Of a DNA stretch of 64,000 nucleotides, positions 36,745 to 49,899 are shown one piece after another. The stretch is taken from the NCBI GenBank assembly GCA_050084985.1, contig JBITNC010000001.1:59272001-59336000 (forward strand), read 5' to 3'. The notes beneath the pieces were generated by a model, which worked only from the letters and a program-made list of their open reading frames with translations, was not told the DNA's origin and searched no databases. A program made the translations under genes and the position numbers. Source of the DNA: Nageia nagi. Taxonomy: Eukaryota > Plantae > Pinophyta. Position 1 is the first letter of the stretch. The number at the start of each line of letters is the position of its first letter.

Positions 36745-38230
36745 GTCTATGGAAGGTACTGTGAAATTTTTGATGAAATGCTCCATCGATATGCCACCAA
36801 AATGGATATTCTGGAAGGGTCGATGAAGGATCACAACATAGATATGAGAATGCTTCCTCTTATATTATCAAAATGGTACACATGCAGATGCGTTTAAATG
36901 GAAACTGTGAGCTATTTAGCAAAGTGCCTCATTGAGGTGGAGTCTCGTACTAGAAAAGTTTGTAGGACTTGCCCCAAAAGAAAGACAAGTTGTTACAAAG
37001 TATGCACAGGATGGATGTGTAAAAAGGGTATGTAAATCATTTGCCATTTTGCCTTACCAAGTGTAAATGGAGACCAAGAAATTGTTTGACAAAAAGCTTC
37101 CTCCATTAATAATCTCATGGAGTTCCTTACATAGGATAACAATAAGTTATACGAGGAAATGTCTCATTAAATGTAGTGTAATGTTTTGCAATGTTCGCTC
37201 GATTTGCACATACTGGATACGTTATAGAGGCCTGTTCATTGTATTGATAAATTTCCTTATTGGCGCTCATTGGATGCAACCTGAGAAATAGAAGACTTGC
37301 AATTGGTTTGACAGGATACCTCATCAATATGTGGCATTATGGGCAGCACAAGCTAGATATGTTGAGAGGTTAAAAAATAAGAAAATTGATGGACGTATCC
37401 CTGATATGTCGTCCCATGTATCAAACGATCGGTAAATCGCTTGACAAAAAAAATTAACTCAATAAATGAAGTCAACAATGATTGTGTTGAAGGAGATCAA
37501 TGGATTTGCCTGGTCTAATGCCTTGTTGACATGAATATCAACACGAATGGAAGGGTTCTATGAGTCATTTGCAATCTATTGAATGCAATGGGCAGTGGAT
37601 AGAAAAACTTATGTATTGATTGACAAGAAGTAGTCTCATGGATGGCATGGAACACATTCAGGATCTCTCGCCAAAATGCCTCACCGAAACCAATCTTACA
37701 TGGGTCGTAGGTTAGGCACAAAATGGGTAAATATTATCAAATGCAAAGTAGGATGAATATACCTATGTCTTATTTGAAATAATATTTTATCTAAAATGAA
37801 GACCCATCGCCAGTATTGATCATAGGATACGTACAAGAACGGGTCCTTTGAACGCCTTCAGTTATTGTCCATAGAACATGCACTAATCTGATACATGGGT
37901 GGGAGAATACAAAAGCTTATTAAGTGCCTTATTGAGATGGAATCTCATGAAATGCAAATGATCACACTTAAAGGACTGGTACATGGAGGTATCAATACCT
38001 CATCAATATGCCTTCTCATTAAGTGAAAAGGTCATCGAAAGTACGCCAAACAGACAGGTTTGGGAATCCCATAAATTATCCCACCTTTACCCATCAAAAT
38101 TCAACCTTATGGAATGCCAATGAGTGTAGGGTGATCATGCCAGAATGGCCTAATAGGATGCCTTATTGATTTGCAATATTTTTGGATAAAAAAAATCATA
38201 GAGATGCACAAAATGGATACCTTAAAAGTG
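36745..38230 (+). pseudogene. Degenerate PLS-class PPR motif array inside the element D 3' LTR
   Basis: CEIFDEMLHR; CELFSKVPH*GGVS; ORF 37067 KKLFDKKLPPLIISW; CNWFDRIPHQYVALW; QEVVSW; AKMPHRN..VG*AQNG; LIIGYVQ; HQNSTLWNA. Confidence 0.85.
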
Positions 38231-41200
38231 AAGACATGGCACAAAAAAATAGAGGTATTGACTAGTAATTTCCCTACTTTGGCATGTCTTTCAAAATGTT
38301 ACCCGTGACTTCCTATGCAAGTAAGATAAGTAATTTAAAATACAATGAATGTCCTTTCACTACTACAAATAATTTAACATACATGAATTGTACACTACAC
38401 TCACATGCAATATTAAGCAAGTAAAAATAAATATTATACTATTCAAAGGATACTACTCATGAAATGGTAGTAAGAAATTTTCATTTAAGCATTCAAATAG
38501 GCTATACATCCTTTAATACATTTAGAAATTTCCAAATAAGCTTCAAATTTTAATTAATCATTTTAGTATTAGAGACTAAAATAAAAGAAAGGCACCTAGA
38601 ATTTAAGAAGGTGCTTCCTCCTCTAGAGGACTTTAGACCAAGATTTTGAGAAAGAGGGAGAAGAGAATAATATGATGCCTAATTCCGAAGGGTTTCCATT
38701 TATTTATAGTTTGAAGGGTAGTCTAATCCATCCAAAACAAATACTATTTATCCAAGTTAGCTACTTTATATGTAAGGTGTGGGGATTTTATTTTTTTATG
38801 AGAAGGTTTGGGACAATTTTGTTTTTAAGTTTTCATGACTTCCAGAAATAATTTCACACCTAAAATTAGGAAATAAAAGATTTTATCAATCATGTTACAC
38901 CTAATTAAAGGAGACAAGTTGTGTGGGGTATCTTTCTCAATTATTTTGGCAAGGCACTAAAATAGCCTTATAACCCCCATGAAATGACAAGAAATCCTTT
39001 AACCTTAGAGTTTATCTTTCTCCTAAATTTATTTTTGTAAAACAAAAAAAAGTTCATTAGTAAAAATTTAAAATTTGAATGGGTGGAATATTCCTCATTT
39101 TAAAAAGTGCCAATTTTATTTTTCCAAACAAATTCAAGAATTCATACCATATTTTAACATAATATTTACCTGTGGAGGCCACTCATCCTACAAGTTAAAT
39201 TTTGTTAGTGCACATTCACACATACACAAGCATCACACACAACATAGGGATCGAATATCATACAAAATTGTTATGTAGCTATATGATCTATGAAAGGTCT
39301 TTATGATTCTATCAGCAATTGAATGTCAATCATTTCTTTCCTCTTACCAATCTATTCCTATAACCACTTATCTTGGTTCCCTATTATCTCTATTCTGATT
39401 CTCTCATTAAATCAACCCTTAACCTTTGTTACACAAAATCTTGAACCCAACATCAATTTGACACAACATAGCATATAAATAGATATCATTAGTCATCTCA
39501 TGATCTCATTCACATTAAAATTATTGAAGGTAGTCAAGAAATAATGAATTTGAATAAAGAATTCAAAATTATGAATGAAACAGGGTCATCACATACTTCC
39601 CCCCATAGGAACAACACAATCCTTTATGTTTCTTTCTTCTCTATTCATCAATTTACCTAAAAACACATATTATGAAATAATATAGTGCATCAAATTCTTA
39701 CATCGGATTCAATATTTTCAAAGGACATTAAGATGATCCAACTTGAGTCTATGTGAATGACCAGTTAACCCTCAAGTGGGTTAAGTTCATCAATAACCAA
39801 AATTGATCAACCCCTTCATTTCTAGTGTTCACCACTATAATCCTATTCAGAGTAGGTTGAATGTATTAACGTAATCCCACCATTACTATTTGCTAACCAA
39901 TCAACTACAAAATCCCATTTGATCACAGCAATAGATTTTGGTTTCATCTTGGGACCCATATCACCCATGATGGCACCAATCCAAAATAAGAGCATACAAC
40001 GTATGAGAATATCATCCATAATACTATGGGTAAAGCGCATCACCCCTAGAATAACTATCATTTTCAATCATAAAACCATGATAAAAAATACCTAAAACTT
40101 ATATCCTCACCTAATATAGTACATATTTCTTGGTTACTACCCCTTATCTTGAGGTAAGATGACTAACCTTCCCATATCTATTAGTTAGTATCCCTAGTGG
40201 TCCGAGCTTACATGCCCATATCTTGGGAATCCAAATGTCTTTTGGAAGTAACAACTTCCTTATCATGGTGTTATAAAAAATCATCATTTTTCATCAATGT
40301 TATTCAATAAATATAGCAAATATATGAATTAGTCATAAACATTATAGCTAATCTATCAATTACAATAGATCCTCACTCGATATTTCAAAATATAAAGATT
40401 ATCAATAGACAATTTTTCATTCTTAGGCATGAAACCATCATGTTCAAAAATTTATGTAATATCCATATCTTCATGTGAGATTTACTCACTATCATCATTA
40501 GGCCCTATATTTTTGGATATAATAGGCATAAAATTGGATTAATAATCCTTAAAAATCTTGATTTATATCCTTCTACTTAGTACTTAGGTTTGAATTAAAG
40601 AAAATCATCAGTTCTACTTCTACAAAGAGTTATCCTTTCAGGAGAATATTAATAATAAATGTTAATCACATCTTTATTATTGATTTAACACATTAACAAA
40701 GTATTCATCATTAAGGGATTCATCCCTATTTATGCTTACCATTGAAAGTCCAATATTACCTGAACTTCCTTCATTAGAGTTGATCAATGTATCTTGGAAA
40801 AAATTCATCCCAAACTGAGTTAAAAGTTTTTGTATCCTCGAGTTTTCTCCTTCCAAAACTCAAACTCCTTAAGAGAAGTGTTAGTACTTATTAACCCTAT
40901 TTCTTGAATAATTTGAACTTGTTCCTAAATTTCCTATTTTTGGATAAGAAACCTTTCATTTTCTATGGCCAATTGATTTTGGTCGATCATTAATATGACA
41001 TTTTCTTGATTCAAAGTGTCTCTCTGAATCCTAAGAGATTCTCTTTGTTCTCCTTCAATGATCAATTGTTATCATAAGAAAGCATTTTCATTGTCAAACA
41101 ATATTTTTCTTATTAAAATTTCTTAGTGATACATTCTTATAAATATTCTACTCATATGAAGTACTATTGGGTTCCCTAATGATTTATCATCATTTTTCTC

Positions 41201-44200
41201 ACTAAAATTTATAGCTCAAACAAGAAAGGTAAGTAAGCAACCATTGAATTTTAGAATATTTCTCTAATGTTCACACATCATATTTTGAGAGTACAAACAC
41301 AAACATTCACAAATAGGCTAATCATTTATTTAAATCAATCAATAGTTTAGGAAAAAAGGAAATTTCCCCCATTTAGGGTTCATCTTCCTTATTATCCTTA
41401 TCATTAGGTGATCTTGATGAGTTCAAAGAGACCCTAATACCATGTTGAAGTAACAATTTTTCATACCTTCCATCCCACATTCTCTATTTTTCTATTTCCT
41501 ATAAGGAGGCACTAAGATGTACGAATGCTTGTTCTTGCACACTTTGAATTTGTTGGATCAATTTACACTCCTCATTGATGAGGTCAATCATCAACTTATT
41601 ACTCTTCGAGGATATGAAATTCCAAATTCTTTCACATTCTTCTCTTTTCCTTCAAAGATGCCTTATTTATTCTTTGGTGTTCTTCAACTATTATCATAAA
41701 ATTCATTCTCCATGATAGCTTGCATATTTTCCATTATTCATTGTTAGTTATTTGACCCTATTTTTATATAAGTGGTGTAATTTCAAGAAGTTTTGACTAG
41801 TTGGATAGGATGTGGTATCATACATGCAAACTTAAATTGCAATATCATATTGCAATTTTATCAACCATAATATCCCTTAATAATATCTTTAGTATCTTAT
41901 TAGATGCTCCTTCGAGGGTACAAATACTCTCCATACATAATTTCTTGGTGGATATTTAGTGTTGGAGTCTTTTTCATCCATCCATAAGAATATTTTCATA
42001 CACCACTTGTAATTAGTATGTATTCCTTCCTAGATAGGTAATAAATTTATAGGTAGAGTTTCTATTCTATCTACACATTTTGATAACAAATCATGGTAAT
42101 TCATAAAATAAATCATTATGTAGCACATCTCTTTGTTCTCCCAAATGGGATAGAGGAAAATATTATCTATCATGGGGTACATACTTTCTTGTCGCAACAT
42201 TCCTTAGAGGTGATGGATTTCCTCCTTCGTTAGGATTTAGCTATTTTTCCTCTATATCCTTTGAATAGTTTTGGCTATTGCATGATCACTCAACTTAAAA
42301 TTTATGAGCATTTAGGCTTGTTCATTCAATTATTTTTATATCCTAATCTAACTTGGAGAGTTATTCTACATATTTCGTATAATCCAGTTCTGGTGAGACT
42401 TGTAGCATACATGGGTCCTTCCTTAATATCTCCAAGGGAGAGTTTGGTACCTCTTACTATCTCATGGATGCTTTGGAAACAAAATTTGCCTTAGGATACT
42501 ACCTATTCCTTCACAATTTGTAAGGGATAGGGAAATTGTATTCTTTCCCACCTATTCGCATCCTTCTACTATTTTTGAGCTATTTCTCGAAACATGATTA
42601 CTTTTATTTCTAATCCTCCTACATATAATACATCAGATCAAGCTTAAAAATCCTTCAATTCTAATTTATTTGTTAATATATTTTACTATGTTGACTCAAA
42701 GTTATTCGACTAGGATAACTATCCATCAATTTTTTTGATGGAATCTAATAATGATGTAAAGAAATCCTAATCTTTTGTAAGCTATCCACTTTGCTTATTA
42801 GTGGGAATTGTTTATGTACTTAGTAATGAAATAAAAAGATACTTATATTTCTCATAAAATTTACATTGTAAAAGGATTTGGTTTTATTTAGTGCATATAA
42901 AAAATTCTTCCTTTCCATTCATTCTTAATCTCTAACTAGACTCTCTTCCTCATTGATCATCTCCTTGGGTTCCTCATCGGATAATGAAATCTTATTGCTA
43001 TTTTCTCATAGATATTTAATGATTTCTAGAGTGAGGGTAGGTATATTTCTACCATATAAAAGAGAAAAATCCCTATTTGCACTAGGTTTATTGATCATCT
43101 AGTAATTTCCCTTAACTTGAGTGGTTACTTCTTGTACCTTTTTCTTTCTGTAGATCTAGAAAGCTTTGCATGGTGATATCATCATTCATTTCTACAATAT
43201 TGTTAGAGATTTATTCTTTTATTTTTTTTGGTGATTATTCCCTTTTCTAGATCTCTTTCTTCCACCATATTGGAATAAATAACATATGCATTTAAGATGT
43301 ATTCTAAATTTCTAAGTTATATTGTCATACTCAAGCAAAATAAAAATTTTATTGATAACATTTTTCATTACATAACATAGTAATACATTTTATTGGGTCT
43401 ATTACATTATATATTCTAGCCCTTTGATGAAACATAATTCTTTTATATGTACATTACTACCCATTGAATTCAACATTTTAGTCACCATCCATAGATTCAT
43501 CTCATGGTTTAGGCCTAATAGCAGGTGGAGTTGTGATCTGAATAGGGTTTTCTTCTACAAGAGGAAGAATTGCACTTTTAAAAATTATAATATCTTTGAT
43601 TTTATAATATCTTTGATTTCACCTTCTCCATATAAATTTTCATGGAGAGCTCTTATTTGACTTATAATTTCTTCTATAAAGACAACTCTTGTGTGAACCT
43701 ATTTTGTTGAATCCTGATTTATCTTAGCTAGGTATTCATTCATCCTAAAGATTTGGTTCCTATTTTGTTCTGCTAGGGAAACATGTCTCTCTCTAGTTCT
43801 TTTATATAGTTCCTGAGAGATTTAATTTGTTGTAATTCATCTATTTCCCTCTCAAGCCTCATAGTATCATTTAATGAAGTATCACATAATCCATAGAATA
43901 AAAGTGCATCATCAATGTTGGATAGGATATCAAATTCTATAGGCAACCAAGTCCAATACCATCCCATCTTGATATGTTCTAAAGTTTCTTACAAGATGAA
44001 AAATAATAAGTTAGGCGTATTTCTTGTGCACTACTTCACCCTAGTTCCTAGTAGACACTTGCTTTGATACCAATGTAACACTACCCTACTCTATACTTAT
44101 AATAAACCCCAAAATTTTCAACCCTTTTTTTTAAATGTATCCTGTGATACTTATATCCCACATTGATGATAATTTATTGTTCTATATGCTATATCTAGGC

Positions 44201-45824
44201 ATCACCATCTCTTTTCAAGTATTAGGATACATTCACCACAAAATACCACCTCACTTGTGTGTCATATCTCATGATGAGTGTGCTCTAATTTTATTTGGCA
44301 GACTCTATCACATGAGTGTATTATATCACATAAAGAACTTATTCTATCTTTATTCTAATCTAGGTTATATAGTTTTTTTTTGGATACTAAATCTTAAAAT
44401 CTATGATTGCTAGACCTAATTATTTCGATAGATTACTAAAATACTTGTATCATCTTTTTACACATGTATTGTAAGTGATATGCCTTAAATGCTAGAAAGG
44501 TTTATTTAGATTCACTTTCCATATCAATATCTTAGGTCTATCCTCATATGAACTACTTATTCCTATACTTATTTAAAGTCTTAATAATTTATTGAGTTAG
44601 GTTTGATATTTATTGAATGTAATACATGAACACACCCCAATATTATTTCAATAGTCTAATGCAAATCATATATACAATAAACACATTGAAATATTTGTAT
44701 TCAAACAAAAGTATAAATATAGGATTAAAACATACTTAGAGTGATGCTTTTTTCACTTAGACTCACTAAAAATTCTTTTGGTAATAATTATACACTTTGA
44801 CATCCTTATTATTTGTTAGGTGGGATATATCTACACCTAGGACATAATACATTCCTTCAATGATCTAGTGGTCACTTTCTATGGTAATTCCACTTATACA
44901 AATTATGTATATATATTTCTACTATAATTTGGTGCAACAAAAATAAAATCTAGTTAATGTAACTTGCCATAACATGTTGGCTACCTTCCTTGATATCCCT
45001 TTTGATTTTGGTTACATAAAATTCTTCTTATGTCCTATCTTACAACTAAAATATTGACTTCAAAAGTAATTTTTCAATGGTTTCATACAATACATCAATT
45101 GTGTATATTACATCCAATGAGTGCAATGGTATGGAAAGTCTTCATCTTCATCCATCATATCTTCATGCCATCTTCTTCTCATGATCATCCCAAGGTTCCA
45201 AGAATAAGTGGTCATGAGTACTAGGAGGTATTTTTTAGCATTATAAGGATCAATACAACTCTTTGTATGACCACAATGACTTCTACTATGCACTATGCAT
45301 AAATTCATCCAATAAATTTCGTACACCATTTGATTAAGTTATACTCTATATATGATCTCAGGAGGTTTTACACCTTGTAGAAGCTACCTCCCTTTCTTGA
45401 ACATAGAGTATAATTTTATTCAAAAATGAAATACTAACATTCAACTAAGATCCAAACAAAAGTCTATCCTTATTGAAACACCTTATTAACTATTAATTAT
45501 AGGGGTATATTCAATAAATACCATGATCTAAATAGTAACAAGCTTAAATATCTTAAGCTTCTCATTTTAAAGGCATTTCCAATAAATACCATGTTCCATG
45601 CATCCTCATAATTTTACTTTTATTAACAAATCCAAGTCTAATTAACTTCATAGGGTTTATGCTTTCAACCTCCTTTATACCACAAATGGTTTAATTTTAA
45701 TAATAATATCTTCCAAGATAATTTGTTAAGTCCTTATTGAGTCACTTTAAGTTACTATAAATAAACATTACCTAAGTCTAGATTAAAATATAAATAAACA
45801 CTTAGAGGATAATCATTAATCGGT

Positions 45825-47290
45825 CTATGGAAAGATCATCTGAAATGTTTGATGAAATGCTCCATCAATATATCACAAAAATGGATATGCTAAAAGGGTT
45901 AATGAAGGGTCACAACATGGATATGAGAATGCCTCCTCTTATATTATTGAAATGGTGCATAGGAAGATGCATTTAAAAGGAAACTATGAGCTATTTAGCA
46001 AAGTACCTCATTGAGATGGAGTCTTGTGCTAGAAAATTTTGTAGGACTCACCCAAAAAAAAAAGACATGTTTTTACCAAGTATGCATAGTATGGATATGT
46101 AAAAAGGGATTTTTATCATTTAACATATTTCCTTTCAAGTGTAAATGGATACCAATGAATCTCCATTAATAATCTCATGGAGTTCCTTACATAGGATATC
46201 CAAAAATTATATGAAGGAATGCCTCATTAAATGTAGTGTAATGTTCTATAATGTTCACCCAATTTGCATACATTGAACACATTATATAGGCATATTCATT
46301 GTATTAAAAACTTTCCTTGTTAGTTCTCATCAGATACAATCTAAGAAATAGAAGACTTGCAATTGGTTTGATAGGGTACCTCATCAATATGTGGCCTTAT
46401 GGGTAGCATAAGCTAGATACATTGAGAGGTAAAAAATAATAAAAATGATAGATAGCTCCCTAATATGTATTCCCATGTATCAAATTATAGGTGAATCTTT
46501 TGAAAAAATAATACCTCACTAAATGAAGTCAATAATGATTGTGTTGAAGGACATTGATGGATTTGCTCGATGTAATACCTCATCGACATGAATATCAATG
46601 TGGATGGAAGGGTTCTATGAGTCATTTGTAGTCTATTGAATTCTATGCACACTAGAAAAAAAAATTATGTATTAATTGATAAGAAGTAGTATCATGGATG
46701 GTATTGAAAACATTGAGGATCACTCTCCAAAATGCCTTAGCAAAACCAATCTTACATGGGTTGCAGGTTAGGCATAGAATGGGTAAATCTTATCAAATAC
46801 GAAGTAGGATGAAGAGAATTATGCATTATTTAAAATAATTCTTTTTCTAAAATGAAGACCCATCACCAATATTGATCATAGTATATGCACAAGAATGGGT
46901 CCTTTGAACACTCTTAGTTATTTTCCATAGAACATTAACCAATCTATGTGTGGATAGGAGAAACAAAATCCTATCAATTGCCTTATTGAGATGGAGTCTC
47001 ATGAAATGCAAATGAATGTAATCAAGAACTAGCATATGAAGGCATCAATACCTCATTGATCTGCCTTCTCATTAAGTAAAAAAGGTCATTGAAAGTATGC
47101 CAAACAAATGGGTTTGGGATTCTAAAAAATTATCCAAATCTTTACCCATCAAAATGCAACCTTATGGAATGCCAATGAGAGTAGGGTTATCATTATATAA
47201 TAGCCTAATAGTATACCTTATTGATTTGTAATCTTTTTTGATACAAAAATAATCACATAATATGCACAAAATAGATTCCTTAGGAGTGAA
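45825..47290 (+). pseudogene. PPR motif array copy in the element D 5' LTR
   Basis: Aligns with 36745-38230 and shows more CpG decay. Confidence 0.82.
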
Positions 47291-49899
47291 GATATGGTAT
47301 AGAAATAGAGGTATTCACTAGTCATTTTCCTACTTTGGCATGTCTTTCAAAATGTTACCTATGAATTCCAATGCAAGCAAGACAAGTAATTTAAAATACA
47401 ATGAATTTCCTTTCACCACTACAAATAATTTAACATACATTTATTGTTCCCTACACTCACATGCAATATTAAGCAAGTAAAAATAAATATTATACTATTC
47501 AAAGGATACTACTCATGAAATGGAATTTAGTAGTAAGAAATTTTCATTTAAGCATTCAAATAGGCTATACATCCTTCAATACATTTATAAATTTTTAAAT
47601 AAGCCTCAAATTTTAACTAATCATTTTAGTGTTAGAGAATAAAATGAAAGAAAAGGCACTTGGACTTTGAGAAGGTGCTTCCTCCTCTAGGGGAATTTAG
47701 ACCAAGATTTTGGGAAAGAGGGAGAGAGAATAATATGATGCCTAATTCCTAAGGGTTCCCATTTTGTTTATAGTTTAAAGGGTAGTCTAATGCATCCAAA
47801 ACAAATAATATTTATCCAACTCATCTACTTTATACATAAGGTGTGGGGCTTTTATTTTATTGTGAGAAGGTTTGGGATAATTTTGTTTTTAAGTTCTCAT
47901 GCCTTCCAAAAAGAATTTCACACCTAACATTAGGAAATAAAAGATTTTATCAATCACGTTACACTTAACAAAAGGAGACAAGTTTTGTGAGGTGTCTTTC
48001 TCAAATATTTTTTTCAAGGCACCAAAATAGCCTTATAACCCCTATGAAATGACAAGAAATCTTTTAACCTTAAAGTTTATCTTTATCCTAAATTTATTGT
48101 TGTAAAAAAAACAAAGTTCAATAGTAAAAAATTAAAATTTGAATAGGTGGAATATTCCTTGTTTGAAAAATTGCAATTTTATTTTTCCAAATAAATTCAA
48201 GAAATCACACCATATTTTAACACAATGTTTACCTACGGAGGTAACTTGTATTGCAAGTGAATTATTTTTAATGCAAATTCACACATACATAAGCATCACA
48301 CACATTATAGAGATCAAATATCATAAAAAATTATTATGCAGCTAAATGATCTACTAAAGGTCTTTATGATTCTATTAGTAATTCAATGCCAATCATTTCT
48401 TTTCTCTTACCAATCCATTCTTGTAACCACTCATCTTGGTTCCCTGGGATCTCCATTCTGATTCTCTTGTTAAGTTCAATTGTAACCTATGTCACATAAA
48501 ATCTCAAATCCAGCATCAATTTGACACAAAATAACATATAAATAGATATAATTAGTCATCTCATAATCTCATTCACATTAAAATTATCAAAGGTAGTCAA
48601 GACATAATGGATTTTGCATTCAAAATTGTGAGTGAAATAGGGTCATTACAAGACAAGGTGTATAAACATTCACATGCAAGGATATCAAATAATTACAAAT
48701 AATATACTTTCTCTTGGTATAATTAATGTAATACCATTAATAAAAAATAACCTCCTTAATATTATCACTAACTCTTAAACAAGCATTTTCTCCTTCAAAT
48801 ATACTAAAAAAATTATCAAATGAATTTTAAAACTTGGCTAAGCATTTTAGCACTAGTGTTTAAAATGCTAGGAAAAGCACCTAGACTTTAGAGGAGGAAG
48901 ATTATTTCCTTCACATCTTATTATACCAAGCTTGGGAGAAGAGTAGAAGTGTCATAATGATCATTCACCTAGGTATTTATAACCAAAATTTGGAATAGTC
49001 CCTCCAAAAGTATAACTATTTGTCCACTTCACATGTTTTTGTTAGTGAGGTTAAGGTTTTCATTATTTTATGGTAGGATTTTAACAATTTTATTTCTAAT
49101 TCCTGTTTCTTACAAAATAATTTTCACACCTCACATTAGGCTCCAAAGTGTATGGAAAAGGTTCATCAATAATTTCACACAACTAACATATAAGATCAAA
49201 ATGTATGGAGATGATTCCTCTATTTTTTTTTTGCAAAATACCAAGATAGACTTTCAAGTACCATAAAATATCAAAATAGTTTTTATCCCTAAATGTTTAT
49301 TTTCACTCAAACCCTAGGATTTTATTATTTGTAAAGACTAAAATGCTTTGGTAAAAATTCAAATTTAAGTATTTAGAATATTCTTTCCAACTTCAAACAT
49401 AGTCATGTAATTTAGGCATTCTCATCAAGTTTTTGGCACATAAGTTTATCTACGGAGACTACCCATCTTGCAAGATAAATTTTTGTTAATGCAAATAAAA
49501 CCATTATACACATCACAGGGATCAAATTTCATGCACAATAATTATGATATGTAGCTATATGATCTACAAAGGTCCCTATGAATGTCAATGAATCAATGAT
49601 AATCATTTCTTCACTCTTACCAATCTATTCATGTAGGCAACTCATATTTGGTTCTATGGGGTCTCTAATCTAACTCCTAGAATGAGTTAACTTGTAAACT
49701 ATGTTATAAAAATCTTATAGCTAAAATCAAACTGATACAAATATTATATATAAACTTTCACAATTAATCATCTCAATTACATTCAAATTCCTAAAGAAAT
49801 TTAGGTCATAATAAGTGCAATTGGGTGAGTTGTTACATACTACCCCCCTTAAAAGGAACATAGTCTCCTGTGTTCTAAATTATAAAAAATAAAGTTTTA

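Larger units (their letters stand above)
34925..48650 (-). mobile_element. Non-autonomous gag-only LTR element D nested in the Tekay 3' LTR (LTRs 34925-39593 and 44074-48650)
   Basis: ~4.6-kb direct repeats TG...CA; PBS GCTTTGATACCA 44061-44072; PPT TACTTCCCCCC from 39594; TSD GGATA / AGACA versus empty site GGACA at ~62011; faint gag remnants ~42500-43100 and no RT. Confidence 0.92.

Noticed and set aside
33790-38230. Functional host PPR gene
   Set aside because: Many stops and frameshifts, no E/DYW domain or targeting peptide seen, and each array is duplicated as part of an LTR pair.
49033-49266. Apparently conserved small ORFs (49033 vs 62439, 35063 vs 44135, 35893 vs 45030, 39075 vs 48139)
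   Set aside because: The similarity comes from LTR duplication; starts and stops differ between copies.
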